A stretch of DNA of 64,000 nt from Malacoraja senta. Taxonomy: Eukaryota. The stretch spans positions 21,454,001 to 21,518,000 of the forward strand of contig CM075989.1 of assembly GCA_038087875.1 (NCBI GenBank), in the 5' to 3' direction. The translations under genes were made by a program, and so were the position numbers. The notes under the pieces are model-generated. The model saw nothing but the letters and a program-made list of their open reading frames with translations, made no database searches and was not told the DNA's origin. Shown one piece after another: positions 11,031 to 24,245 of this stretch (the first letter of the stretch is position 1; each line of letters begins with the position of its first letter).

Positions 11031-14000
11031 CTTGCCCTTTTAGAAAAATCGCTTGACGGTCTCCACAGCCTTCAGTGGAAAATTATTCCACAGATTCACC
11101 ACAAACTGACCAAAGAAACTCCTCCTCATCTCCTTCCCAAAGGAACATCCTTTAATTCTGAGGCTATGACCTCAGATCCTCGACTCTCCCACTGATGGAA
11201 ACATCCTCCCCACATCCACTCCATCCACGCCTTTCACTACTCGGAAATGGGTTTGTTCATTCCGTTCACAGATACTGCCTGATCCATTGAGTTCCTCCAG
11301 CATCTTGTGTTTTGCTGAGGTAAACGGAATGATATTTTGTGATCTCGGTGTTTTAATATTAAACCGTATCCATTTGGATAAGAAATAAAAGCGAAAAATA
11401 TATATTAGTAGTTTGGGTTAGAAATCTCATTATACGGGTTTCTGGCACCTTGAGCACGCACAAAGAAAAATGGAGCCCTAACTCTGGTCCTAATAGCCTA
11501 TAGTATCTAGATCAATTACCCAAATTAAATCTTCATAATGGCCTGCTTAATAGAAGCAGCCCAGGCACTTATGACACTTTTTAAAATAAGTAAAATGACA
11601 CTTGTAAGATAATTCTTTCCAGGCCGCTATCAGAAATTAAGATTGGCCATTATAATTCAATTACCCAATAAAGACACTGTTAAATGTAATATAAAGGCTG
11701 CGTGTAAATGTTTGACAAACAGCATCTGTAGGCTTTCAAACGTTACCCCACACCACTAGAGTCATCCCTAATAATATTTCCTCTTTAATGTGCGTAAATG
11801 GTTTATTGAAAGTGCTCTTCCCTTGCTCCAGATGGCCACTGTGTTTGCATTCTGTTGTGTATGCCTTTGTCCCGACTGTTAATGCAGGTAGGGACAGGAC
11901 ACTGGTGTTCATGTATCAGGGCAAGGACTCACTAACAGCTTAGCGGACGGTGAGCACCACAGTACATGGAGGCAGCAGCGTTTATTTCCGATTCGAACCT
12001 TCCTTTAAACACTGTACGGAGTTTTGTACGTTCTCCCCGTGACCTGCGAGGGTTTTCTCCGAGATCTTCGGTTCCCCCCCACATTCCAGAGACGTACGGG
12101 CTTGTATGTTAATCGTCCCTAGTGTGTGTTAATGTGCGGGGATCGCTGGCCGGTGCGGACTCGATGGGCCGAAGGGCCTGTTCCCGCGCTGTATCTCTAA
12201 ACTAAATTCCAAACTAAACGACAAAACCGTTCTGATGCACTGACCCTTGCATATTCAAATTCTTCGGGGGACAGCTAAGATTTTTGAGATATAATTAATC
12301 GGGTACAGTATGTGATGCTAAAGAGCAGCGAGATTGTATTGTGCCTCAGCTCACGGCGCGGGTCTGTATAAAAAAAATACTGAAGAGTCAATAGCTGTTC
12401 TTTTACCGCGTCGTTTTATTAACATTGATTTTAATTTCTGTTTCCTTTTTGGCTTGGCGGAAAAAAAAATCCTCGAGTGACAGCGCCCACAAATTCTCCG
12501 CAGCACTAATGAATCAGATAATAGTAAACACAAAAAAGGGAGCATAAAATACAATTATTACTGCCCTTTCTTCACAAGGCAGCTGATTGCATGTTATTGA
12601 AGATTCAACGACCCGGTCTCTCCAGTGTAATAAGTGAAATGAGACGGCTACACAAAGAGATAAATTATTTCTGGAGATGTGTTTTTTTTATATATCACGT
12701 TGACCTTTAGAATGAAGATGAAGTCAGACACGGTTAAAACAAATAGCCACATTTCATCTTTGGTTAGCCTTAGAACCGCACTGTTCAACCTTTGAACTTA
12801 ATTTTCCATCTGAACCCATTTTCATGCACCATTTGCCTCCAGCGCTGATAAGTACCTTGTGCTGAGTGAGTCTGATTAGAAACATATTTTATTTAGTGCG
12901 ATAAGAAAGCATTACTTAATATGCCATAATATTCCCCTTTCGAACGTGTCCCTATTACAAGGCGGCGAGGACTGATAGATAGCTGGGGACGAGATCAAAA
13001 TAACAGCTACGCACAACGCTTCAACTCCCCACTCCCTTCATGTGATTATCGTATCATCAACCTCACTATCTCTAACACAAGAGTCAAGGGGTTGGAAGCA
13101 AAGATATTTATAACAGAGTGTGAGATTGGGTCCGGGTCACACGAAAGGGTAATTATTGTAAAATGTCAGGTTAACACTGAGAGCCTCAGTTCATCCAACT
13201 GCGGAGATTAGTCCAGATGGAGACATTTTCTACACTGCCACTCTGCCAATAGAAGACGTCCCAGGATTAGCTGCACTTCCTCTCTCATCTCCACTCACAA
13301 AAGGTCATTTTCTGCTCATTGCTTCTCTCCTAAGATGTGTCTCTTTATTTCTGCAGCCCAGGGACAAAATGGGTCCTTTTTATCAGTGAATTAAATATTC
13401 AGCGTTGAAACGCTTGGTATTTTTGTGCCCGTTTCTTGTCCCCTCTCTAGGCCACTTTCATCTGAGTTAACAGAAAGATACGTTGTGGGAAATTGTCAGG
13501 CCTGCAATTTTTATCATGTTTCTGAGCTCAATGAATTTAATCACTCTAAATGCTTTGGGCCTTTATTTCCCCCCCCCCCAAGCCTGCAGTTAGCTATTTA
13601 ATCCTTGGTAACATTATATAAATCGTATAAGTTCCCCATTTGTACGTGGTCCTGCCTCACTCTTCAGTTTACAGTTCTGCTTTCGTGACAGTGAGTGAAT
13701 TTTACCAAGATGAGAACTGTCTCTAACTGTGTAAATTCAGCAAATTGTCTTTTTTGTTTGTCTCTCCACGTGGTTACTGCTGGAGTTTATCAATTACCCT
13801 GCACCTTACACAGATGAAGTGAAACAGATATTACTGCCTCTGCCTTAAGGTAGGTATCTTCATCCTCTGATATTTTGCTAACTCCTTCCACAAAATGGGA
13901 AGCATAAGAAGATTTGAGAATCTAAACACCTGAAAATACAGTCATTTCAATCTTGTCTCTCATCCCACAAGCTATATGAGTGGAGTACATTTTAAAAGCT

Positions 14001-14262
14001 GCAAGTAGGATTTGCAGTGCTTAAAATCACACCAATCAGTCTGCCACTTGGTTGATTTAACTAATCAAACGTATTTAGCCTTAATAAAATCACTTATTTT
14101 CAGACATATCTCACTTTTCTGAGATTCGAGATAATAACACAATCATTTTGAAGACTGCTTTCATTTGCAGGATATTTATAAATCATTTTTCCACAATTTA
14201 TTGCCCTGCCAAGTTTCCAAATACCAGTTTTATTCAATTTACTATCTATTGAAAAGAAGGGT

Positions 14263-14290
14263 CTGAAGAAGGGTCTCGACCCGAAACGTC
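14263..14290 (+). ncRNA. Minimal type I hammerhead-ribozyme-like motif (PLE-associated)
   Basis: CTGAAGA-A-GGGTC-TC-GACCC-GAAA-CG-TC; flanks GGGT (14259-14262) and ACCT (14291-14294) can form a 4-bp stem I; activity untested. Confidence 0.65.
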
Positions 14291-14924
14291 ACCTATTCCT
14301 TCACATAGATACTGCCTCACCTGCTGAGTTTCTCCAGCATTTTGTATCTACCATCTATTTAAAAGACATTTGGATGAGAAACATAGAGAGATATGGGCTA
14401 AATATGGGCAGCTGGGACTGTAGATGTAGCATCATTGATGGAATGGGCAAGTTGGGCCGAAGGGCCTGTTTCTGTGCAGTATGACTCTATGGGTCTACAA
14501 GGCAACAAACTAAAGATTCTTAATTTATATTCTATGTTTAAGAAAAATGTCATATGTGATAAAACAATGTTTTTATTTAATAATTCCCACAAATTTAGTT
14601 CTTATGTTGATTACCCTACACCGAAGATGTGATCCCTTTCCCCTGACTCGCAGTCTGATGAAGGGTCTCGACCCAAAATGTCACCTATTCCTTTTCTCCA
14701 GAGATGCTGCCTGACCCGCCGAGTCACTCCAGCATTTTGAGTTTTTCTTTGCTATAAACCAGCATCTGCAGTTCCTTGTTAAAACACAAGACCTAGTTGG
14801 ATTTGACCTGAAACTAGGTGGAAGGTGAATGGAGTGGGTACTTTATGACTAGTGAGTCTTTTCTACTCCAATGCTCAGACATGCAAGGGTTAAACCCAAA
14901 CTAGGCTGGAGGATGTTTGAAAAA

Positions 14925-15318
14925 AACACAAAGTGCTGGAGTAACTCAGCAGGACAGGCAGCATCTCTGGAGAGAAGGAATGGGTGATGTTTCAGGTTGA
15001 GACCCTTCTTCAGACTGATGGGCGGAACAGAGAGAAAATGTAGTCAGAAACAGTAAGACTGGTACGAGAACTGGGAAGGGGGAGGGGATGGAGAGAGAGG
15101 GAAAGCAAAGGCTACTTGAAGTTAGAGAAGTCAATATTCACACCGCTGGGGTGTAAGCTGCCCATGCGAAATATGAGGTGCTGTTCCTCCAATTTGCGCT
15201 GGGCCTCACTCTGACAATGGAGGAGGCCCAGGACAGAAAGGTCAGTGTGGGAATGGGAGGGGGAGTTAAAGTGTTGAGCGACCAGGAGATCAGGTAGGTT
15301 TAGGCGGACTGAGCAGAG
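14925..15318 (-). mobile_element. Penelope-like retroelement 3' fragment with GIY-YIG endonuclease C-terminus
   Basis: 15318->15112 translates LCSVRLNLPDLLVAQHFNSPSHSHTDLSVLGLLHCQSEAQRKLEEQHLIFRMGSLHPSGVNIDFSNFK*, followed by a hammerhead-like core (about 14986-15013) and tail. Confidence 0.9.
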
Positions 15319-15601
15319 CTACTCGTTGGCAAGGCCTTCCTGGCATGTACACATCTGCTGAATGTCAACAGCTTGTACTAATGCCTTCATCCACTCAATA
15401 ATGGTGGGGTTCTTTCCTGTGGTGTCCACATTCCTATCAATTGCAACCATTGCTCTCAATGACAACCAGGGTTCTCCAACAAAAGGCACAATTAAATCTA
15501 ATTCCACACTTGATAATCATGGTGCTTCTGAGGATGCCCTCTGAACTGTGGTCTAAGCATCCTGTTTGGAATGTGCATGTTGATAAAATCCTCATTCAAT
15601 C

Positions 15602-15915
15602 GCAGCACAGTGGCACAGCAGCTAGAGCTGCTGCCTCACAGCAGCAGAGACCTAGGGTTCGACCCTGACCTCAAGTGCTGTCTGTGTGGGGTGTGCACGT
15701 TCTCCCTGTGACCGCGTGGGCTTCCTCCGGGTGCACCGGTTCCCTCCCGCATCACAAAAAACATGCGGATTTGTAGATTAATTGGCGTGTGTAAATTGCC
15801 CCTAGTGTGTTGGAAGTGGATGGGCAAGTGGGATAACAGAACTAGTATGAATGGGTGATCGATGGTCGGCGTGGACTGGGTGGGCCGAAGGGCCTGTTGC
15901 CTTGCTGCATCTTTT
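15602..15915 (+). mobile_element. Full-length V-SINE (second subfamily, GTGGGATAAC block)
   Basis: A/B boxes, central block, TGGGCCGAAGGGCCTG tail. Confidence 0.85.
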
Positions 15916-16904
15916 AATTAACCAATCGCATCAAACCTCACCTACGTGTAGGACTCTTCACCTCATTAAGTAGCAGCAGAGTGGTGGGTGTATGGAACGA
16001 GCTGCCGGAGGAGATAGTTGAGGGAGGGACTATCCCAACTGTTACGAAACATTGATACAGGCACATGGACAGGACAGGATTAGAGGGATCTGAGCCAAAT
16101 GCAGGCCGGTGGGACCAGTGTGGATGGGACATGTTGGCCGGTGTGGGCAAGTTGGGCCGAAGGGCCTGTTTCCACGCTGTAAGATTCTATGACTGAGAAA
16201 TTAGCCTGTACGAATATCCTGAGAAGTAATTGAATCTCACCCTAGTTGCAACGATATTGAATAAAATTGTTCGCTTTCTCTTCAAATGGCATCTGAAAAA
16301 CTACAGCTGAATGTTAAATGTAATCTGAATTATTCAGAATACGTACATCTATATTATGGGATAAATTCTTGAGTTTATACTTCTTTTTTAATCAAAATAT
16401 TGAATGTTTGGCAAGAGGAAAGTTTTCTCTTCCCTACCTCAAAAGCATTATCATCCGGTACACAATAATTTTGATGAATATTAAATCTGAACACTTATGA
16501 AGAATAGCACGCGGAAAGAATTCCTCTATAAACCATACATGCCAACAATAACTGTAAGCGGATGACTGTGGAAGACAAGCTTTACTAATGCATTGCCAAT
16601 TTAATTTATTAAATGAAAATATAAAAAGATGACCTTCAGTTTATAGAAATATAAATTTATGATGTTCATCATGCAAGACATGGGAACTAATTCTCTTCAG
16701 CACCAAATCAAAGCAAAAGATAACATACACCAAAGTGTTCAACATATTTTATATCATCTGTCACAGAAACATTGATATAAATGTGTCAACTCATTAAATT
16801 AATGCAATGGTATCTGTTTGCTTGCCAATTCTGGCATATTATTAATTAAAAATAAATACACTCGTAATGACGCGTCCATCAGACATCAGGACCATAAGAC
16901 TGAC

Positions 16905-17220
16905 TTTTATTTTAGTTTAGTGCAGAGATACAGTGGGGAAACAGGCCCTTCGGCCCACCGAGTCTGTGCCGACTAGCAATCCCCGAACGTTAACACTATC
17001 CCACGCACACTGGGGACAAATTACATTTCTACCAACTCAATTAACCTTCAAACCTGCACGTCTTTGGAGTGTGGGAGGGAACCGAAGATCTCGGAGAAAA
17101 CCCACGCAGGTCACGGGGAGAACGTACAAACTCCGTACAGACAAGTACCCGTAGTCGGGATCGAACCCTGGTCCCTGGTGCTGTGAGGCAGCAACTCTAC
17201 CGCTGCGCCACCGTGCCACC
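16905..17220 (-). mobile_element. Full-length V-SINE
   Basis: Reverse complement starts GGTGGCACGGTGGCGCAGCGGTAGAG and has B-box GGTTCGATCC. Confidence 0.9.
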
Positions 17221-17489
17221 CCTTTTTTAAGGAGGCCCCTCTGAAATCTCTGCTCTCTCACGGATAATTTGTGGGATATCCTGTTTTCATTCCACAAGTT
17301 TCTTCGAGTTTAACTGGAGACTTTTATTGAACAAGGGGGAAATTGGAGAGCAAATGTGATGTCATTAAACTTTCAGAAATGCTTTCAAAATTATCCCAAA
17401 TACCTAATGGGCAGAAGCTACAAGACACAAATTTGGGTGAATGAACTGTTGTCACTGAGTTGAAATAACCCAGATACGCACGAGGAGAA

Positions 17490-17528
17490 ATCAGAAGGCT
17501 GCGTGCTCAAATTACGTCGGGGTCACCA
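17490..17528 (+). pseudogene. 3' half of tRNA-Trp(CCA), positions 38-76 including CCA (extended primer-binding site)
   Basis: ATCAGAAGGCTGCGTGCTCAAATTACGTCGGGGTCACCA matches the vertebrate tRNA-Trp 3' half, as I recall it, with 2 mismatches; genomic CCA implies an RNA origin. Confidence 0.85.
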
Positions 17529-17529
17529 C

Positions 17530-17782
17530 TGTAGAGGTCCACACGTTGTGTAAACACTCCGTTTAATAATTAACCGACACAGCCCCGTCGCTCACGCGCG
17601 CATCAAGTTAATATTTAACTACTACTGTGTCGTCACTCATGAGCACACCCCAGTTAAACTCCAACCGCCTAATGGCCCGCCCCCCTGACTGCGTGATCGG
17701 TCGGCCCAGATCACGCCCGGTCCACGCAAGAGTTCGATCCCAACCAACGACAGTTCGATACCAAAATGGCTCAGCTGCCACA
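17530..17782 (-). mobile_element. Gypsy-type LTR (~253 bp)
   Basis: Minus strand TGTGG...CTACA termini, ATTAAA signal near 17562-17567, then 1 nt and the PBS TGGTGACCCCGACGT. Confidence 0.75.
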
Positions 17783-18300
17783 CATTAGCCTTTTAAACCA
17801 GAATGACGGGTTGTAAAACAGATCCAAGGGACTTACCTACACCAACGCACTATCCTGCCTGAGGGTTCTAGTCAAGTTTAGTTTAGTTTAGAGATACAGC
17901 GCAGAAACAGGCCCTTCAGCCCATCAAGTCCGTGCTAACCAGTGATCCCCCTACACTAGCACCATCCTACACTCTGGGGACAATTTACAATTCTTACTGG
18001 AACACCCGGAGAAAACCGGCGCATTCACACTGATAACGTGCAAACTCCACATAGGCAGCACCCGAGGTCGGGATCGAACCGGGGTCTCTGTTGCTGTGAG
18101 GCAGCAGCTCAACCAGCTGCACCCCTGTGCCGCCAGCTGCCTTTGCAATTAGATGACCTCAAACATATTCTGCACTGGATCTCTCCTCTTCCAAAGAAAA
18201 TTGAGCTGTGGGAATGGACAGGGAATGTCATTTAACCTAAACTACAGAAAGAAAATCGAGCAGTTCTTTTTCTGAAAGTATATGGCTTAAAACTGGAACA

Positions 18301-18457
18301 CGTCTAATAAAGAACTGCAGATGCTGGTTCAAATCGTAGGTAGACACAAAATGCTGGAGTAACTCAGCGGGTGAGGCAGCATCTCTGGAGAGAAGGAATG
18401 GGTAACGTTTCCGGTTGCCCATTCCTTCTCCCCAGAGATGCTGCCTCACCCGCGGAG
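18301..18457. mobile_element. Palindromic PLE tail unit with the ribozyme core deleted
   Basis: Inverted arms; 14-bp TSD TTAAAACTGGAACA at 18287-18300 and 18458-18471. Confidence 0.8.
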
Positions 18458-20539
18458 TTAAAACTGGAACATGTATGCCCTTCATAGGAGCAAGTCTGTT
18501 TCATGAACTTTGCCTTTGTCTCCTAGCAAGGCATTTGAAATTCTACAGCCCTAGTCTTAATTCAGATGGATCTGGATCATTCCGATTTGGTGTTGAGACA
18601 GCGATGAAACAGCTGATCGACCTGCTGCCTCACAGCGCCAGAGATCCGGGTTTGATCCTGACCTCGCGTGCTGTGTGGCGTTTGCACGTTCTTCATGAGG
18701 CCCCGTGGGTTATCTCCGGGTGCTCAGGTTTCCTCCCACATCCCAAAGACTCGCGGGTTTGCAGGTTAACTGGCCCTCTGTAAATTTCCCACGGTGATTA
18801 GGGAGTGGATGCAAAAGTGAGATAAGTTCATAAGGTCTAGGGGCTGAATTAGGCCATTCGGCCCATCAAGTCCACTCCGCCATTCAATCTCCCTCTCAAC
18901 CCCATTCTCCTGCCTTCTCCCCGTAACCCCTCAACACCCTGATAGCACAGAAAGAGTGATGAAGGCGTGATTGACGGTCCGCGTGGACGCGGTAGGTCAG
19001 AAGGGCCTGTTTCCATCCTGTATCTTTGAACTAAACTAAACAAAAATAAAACTTAACGGATGTTTTGATTTTCGTAAAGCAGTCCGTTTGGAAACTCCCG
19101 TCAGCAGTGGTTCAGGCAGATGACGTTCAGAATTGCCCACAACAAACACAGAAAATTAAAACAGCAACTGCAGCTCGCAGAAGAACACCACGTGGCTGAT
19201 TAAATGTGCCCCTTATAAATGCTGCCGATATTTGTCTATAGCCTCATCTTTATTGCAGAAAAACAATTCAATGGGTTAATATAGAGACTCCTTCAAACCT
19301 GTCAATTAATTTGGCAGATTAGCATACTTCATAAATTCATAAATCCTAGGAGTAGAATGAGGCCATTAAGTCTATTCTGCCATTCAATCATGACTGATAC
19401 ATCTCTCCCTCCTAACCCCATTCTCCTGCCTTCTCCCCATAACCCCTGACACCCGTACCAATCAAGAATCTGTTAATATCCATTGACTTGGCCTCCACTG
19501 CCATCTGTGGCAATGAATTCCACAGATTCACCACCCTCTGACTAAAGAAATTCTTCCGCATTTCCTTTCCAAATGTATGTTCTTTCATTCTGAGTCTATA
19601 GCCTCAAGTCCCAGACTCTCCCGCAAGTGGAAACATCCTCTCCACATCCACCCTGTCCAGAGTGACTTTTCACTATTCGGTAAGTTTCAATGAAGTCCCC
19701 CCCTCATCCTTCTAAATACTGCGTTCTTTGTATACTACTAATAATAAAATTAATAAGAATAATAACAACAAAAATAACATTAATAATAATATTAATAATA
19801 ATAATTAAAACAAATAAAGTGTAAGAAGGAACTGCAGATGCTGGATTAAACCGAAGATAGACACAAAAAGCTGGAGTAACTCAGTGGCCCAGGAAGCATC
19901 TCTGGAAAATAGGAATGGGTGACGTTTCGGGTCAAAACCCTTTTTCAGACTGAGAGTCGGGGGAAAGTGAAGTGTTCTTTGTTTGCTGTCTATTAAGCAA
20001 TGAACCAGCACAAACATACTCCAAATGAGACTGAATCTTTCTCAAAGTGAGAGTGTGTAACATGGACGAGATTTGAAGCACAGATGTGACATTAGTTCAT
20101 TATCACTCTGGTATCCTCATTACCTACTTGAGGGACAGACTGCTCGACACATTACGACCTCACAGTGGCGCAGCGATAGAGCTACTTCCTTACAGCACCA
20201 GAGACCCTGGTTCGATCCCGACTATGGGTTCTGTCTGTACGGAGTTTGTACGTTCTCCCCGTGACCTGCGTGGGTTTTCTCTGAGATCTTCGGTTTCCTC
20301 CCACACTCCAAAGACGTACAGGTTTGTAGGTTAATTGGCTTGGCATAAATGTATAAATTGTCCCTATTCACACTCACGCTCACATGCGTCCACATAAAAC
20401 AACAGGCAAGATACAGCGTGCAAAACAGGCCCTTCGGCCCATCGATTCCACTCTGACTATCAATCACCCTTCCACACCAGTTCTGTGTTATCCCACTTTC
20501 TCATCCACAAATGTTACAGAGACCAGTAGTGCAAGAAAA

Positions 20540-20905
20540 AGAAAAGGACTGGACAAACTAGATGCAGGAAAAATGTTCCCAATGTTGGGAGAGTCTAGAA
20601 CCAGGGGCCACAGCCTAAGAATAAAGGGAAGGCCATTTAAAACTGCGATGAGAAAAAAAGTTTTCACCCAGAGAGTTGTGAATTTGTGGAATTCTCTGCC
20701 ACAGAAGGCAGTGGAGGCCAATTCACTGGATGAATTTAAAAGAGAGTTAGATAGAGCTCAAGGGGCTTGCTGAATCAAGGGATATGGGGAGAAGGCAGGC
20801 ATGGGTTACTGATTGTGGATGATCAGCCATGATCACAGTGAATGGCGGTGCTGGCTCGAAGAGCCAAATGGCCTCCTCCTGCACCTATTTTTCTATGTTT
20901 CTATG
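20540..20905 (+). mobile_element. CR1 3' fragment with (TTTCTATG)n tail
   Basis: GLDKLDAGKMFPMLGESRTRGHSLRIKG...WNSLPQKAVEA in ORF 20384..20773. Confidence 0.9.
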
Positions 20906-21134
20906 CAAGATCCATGAATTAATCGTGGAGTAAATCAAGAAGGTTGAATGCAAACTTATTCTAACTAGTCCCCCGTGCTTTAATTTAGTTTGCGCTGGAG
21001 CCCAGGTTTTATTTCCTCACCTCCACAAAGGCAGCAAATGGGGAATCTATCCCATGAGGTGATGTTGTAATGTGAGCAGCCACCAGGAGGTGCTGGAGTA
21101 CAATTCCCTCTGGGCATTTGCCAGCCTGGTTGTT

Positions 21135-21880
21135 CACCGAAGATAGACACAAAAAGTTAGAGTAACTCAGCGGGTCAGCCAGCATCTCTGGAGAGTAGGA
21201 ATAGGTGACGTTTCGGGTCGAGAACCTTCTTCACACTGAGAATCAGGGGAGAGGGAACCGAGAGATATGAAAAGGTTCACGGAAAGAAATGAACGAAAGA
21301 TCCGCGAAAAGACAGATCAAAGCCAGCAACGGTGATCAAGGAAAGGTGGAGCCCACAATGGTCCATTGTTGGCTGTGGGGAAGGTGATAACGGGTGATAC
21401 AAACAGTGAAACTCAACAGAACGACAGTGAAACAAGTACGACAACTAGGGTGGAGGAGGGACAGAGAGAGATGGAATGTAACAGTTACTTGAAGTTAGAG
21501 AAATCGGTATTCATACCGGACATGGACACAAAATGCTGGAGTAACTCAGCGGGTCAGGCAGCATCTCTGGAGAGAAGTTTCAATTTGAGACCCTTCTTCA
21601 GACTAGTTAGGGATAAGGGAAACGAGAGATGTAGACGATGATGGGGAGAGATAAAGAACAATGAATTTAAGTTATGCAAAATAAATAACGACGATAAAAG
21701 AAACAGGCCATTGTTAGCTGTTTGGTGGGTGAGAACGAGAAGCTGATGTGACTTGGGTGGGGGAGGGATGTAGAGAGAGGGAATGCCGGGGTTACCTGAA
21801 GGTAGAGAAGTCAATGTTCACACAACTGGGCTGTAAGCTGCACAAGCAAATATGAGATGCTGTACCTCCAATTTGCTTTT
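21135..21880 (-). mobile_element. Two adjacent PLE 3' fragments (long 3' UTR subtype)
   Basis: Each has the PLE tail, a degenerate core and the ORF end (GMNTDFSNFK*; KLEVQHLIF...NIDFSTFR*). Confidence 0.8.
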
Positions 21881-22077
21881 AGTGATCAGATTGTTCTCTC
21901 TACTTGCATGTTAACACCAAGGTCCTGCCAGTTTGCAATGAACGAGCAACACACTGCGAGAAAAAAATAAACATACACACACACACACACACACACTCAC
22001 ACACACACACTCACATACACACACACACACACACTCACATGCACACACACACACACACACACTCACATACACACACA

Positions 22078-22132
<55 letters not shown>

Positions 22133-22141
22133 ACACACACA

Positions 22142-22177
<36 letters not shown>

Positions 22178-22223
22178 TACACACACACACACACACTCAC
22201 ATGCACACACACACACACACACT

Positions 22224-22273
<50 letters not shown>

Positions 22274-22439
22274 CACACACTCACATACACACACACACAC
22301 ACTCACATGCACACACACACACACACACACTCACATACACACACACTCACACACACACACACTCACATACACACACACACACTCACACGCACACACTCAC
22401 ATGCACACACACACATGCACACACTCACACACTCACATG

Positions 22440-22472
<33 letters not shown>

Positions 22473-23086
22473 ACACACTCACACGCACACACTCACATGC
22501 ACACACACACACACACACACTCACATACACACACACACACGCACACACACACACACACACGCACACACACACACACACACACTCACACTCACATACACAC
22601 ACATACTCACTCACACACACACACTCACATACACACACACACATGCACACACACGCACGCACATTGTTAGCTGTTTGGTGGGTGAGAACGAGAAGCTGAT
22701 GTGACTTGGGTGGGGGAGGGATGTAGAGAGAGGGAATGCCGGGGTTACCTGAAGGTAGAGAAGTCAATGTTCACACAACTGGGCTGTAAGCTGCACAAGC
22801 AAATATGAGATGCTGTACCTCCAATTTGCTTTTAGTGATCAGATTGTTCTCTCTACTTGCATGTTAACACCAAGGTCCTGCCAGTTTAAGGGGGACAAGC
22901 GGTGGAAAATCAAGTTTGCAAAGGAGCAGTGGAAATCAAGTTTGCAATGAACGAGCAACACACTGCGAGAAAAAAATAAACATACACACACACACACACA
23001 CACTCACACACACACACTCACATACACACACACACACACACACTCACATGCACACACACACACACACACACTCACATACACACACA

Positions 23087-23137
<51 letters not shown>

Positions 23138-23146
23138 ACACACACA

Positions 23147-23182
<36 letters not shown>

Positions 23183-23244
23183 TACACACACACACACACA
23201 CTCACATGCACACACACACACACACACTCACATACACACACACT

Positions 23245-23306
<62 letters not shown>

Positions 23307-23472
23307 CACACACTCACATACACACACACACACACTCACATGCACACACACACACACACACACTCACATACACACACACTCACACACACACACACTCACA
23401 TACACACACACACACTCACACGCACACACTCACATGCACACACACACATGCACACACTCACACACTCACATG

Positions 23473-23505
<33 letters not shown>

Positions 23506-23695
23506 ACACACTCACACGCACACACTCACATGCACACACACACACACACACACTCACATACACACACACACACGCACACACACACACACACACGCACACA
23601 CACACACACACACACTCACACTCACATACACACACATACTCACTCACACACACACACTCACATACACACACACACATGCACACACACGCACGCAC
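21709..23695. repeat. Tandem duplication, unit ~950-1030 bp (PLE fragment + unique DNA + CA-rich microsatellite)
   Basis: CATTGTTAGCTGTTTGGTGGG... at 21709 and again at 22662; same order of microsatellite interruptions. Confidence 0.9.
21972..22660. repeat. Interrupted (CA)n microsatellite
   Basis: Directly visible. Confidence 0.98.
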
Positions 23696-24245
23696 ACACA
23701 CACACGCACACTCACACACACACACACACACACACTCACATACACACACATACTCACTCACACACACACACATACACACACATACTCACTCACGCACACA
23801 CACTCACATACACACACACACATGCACACACACGCACGCACACACACACACGCACACTCACACACACACACACACACACGCACACACACTCACTCACATG
23901 CACACACACACATGCACACACACACACGCACACACACACACACACACTCACACACACACACACAGACTCACAAATGCACACACACAAGCACACACACGCA
24001 CACTCACGCACACTCACACACACAGACTCACACACGCACACGCACACACACGCACACACACGCACACTCACATGCACACACACACACTCACACACACGCA
24101 CATGCACACACAGACTCACACACGCACACGCACACACACGCACACACTCACACACACGCACATGCACACACAGACTCACACACACAGACTCACACACACA
24201 CACAGACTCACAAATGCACTCACGCTCGCACACTCACACATACAC
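22980..24245. repeat. Interrupted (CA)n microsatellite
   Basis: Directly visible. Confidence 0.98.

Noticed and set aside
14259..14262. 4-bp stem I as proof of an optimised ribozyme
   Set aside because: The GGGT strand may come from a local duplication of AGAAGGGTCT at the insertion junction, so it could be accidental
17490..17528. Functional tRNA-Trp gene
   Set aside because: 5' half and anticodon absent; CCA is encoded; abuts an LTR
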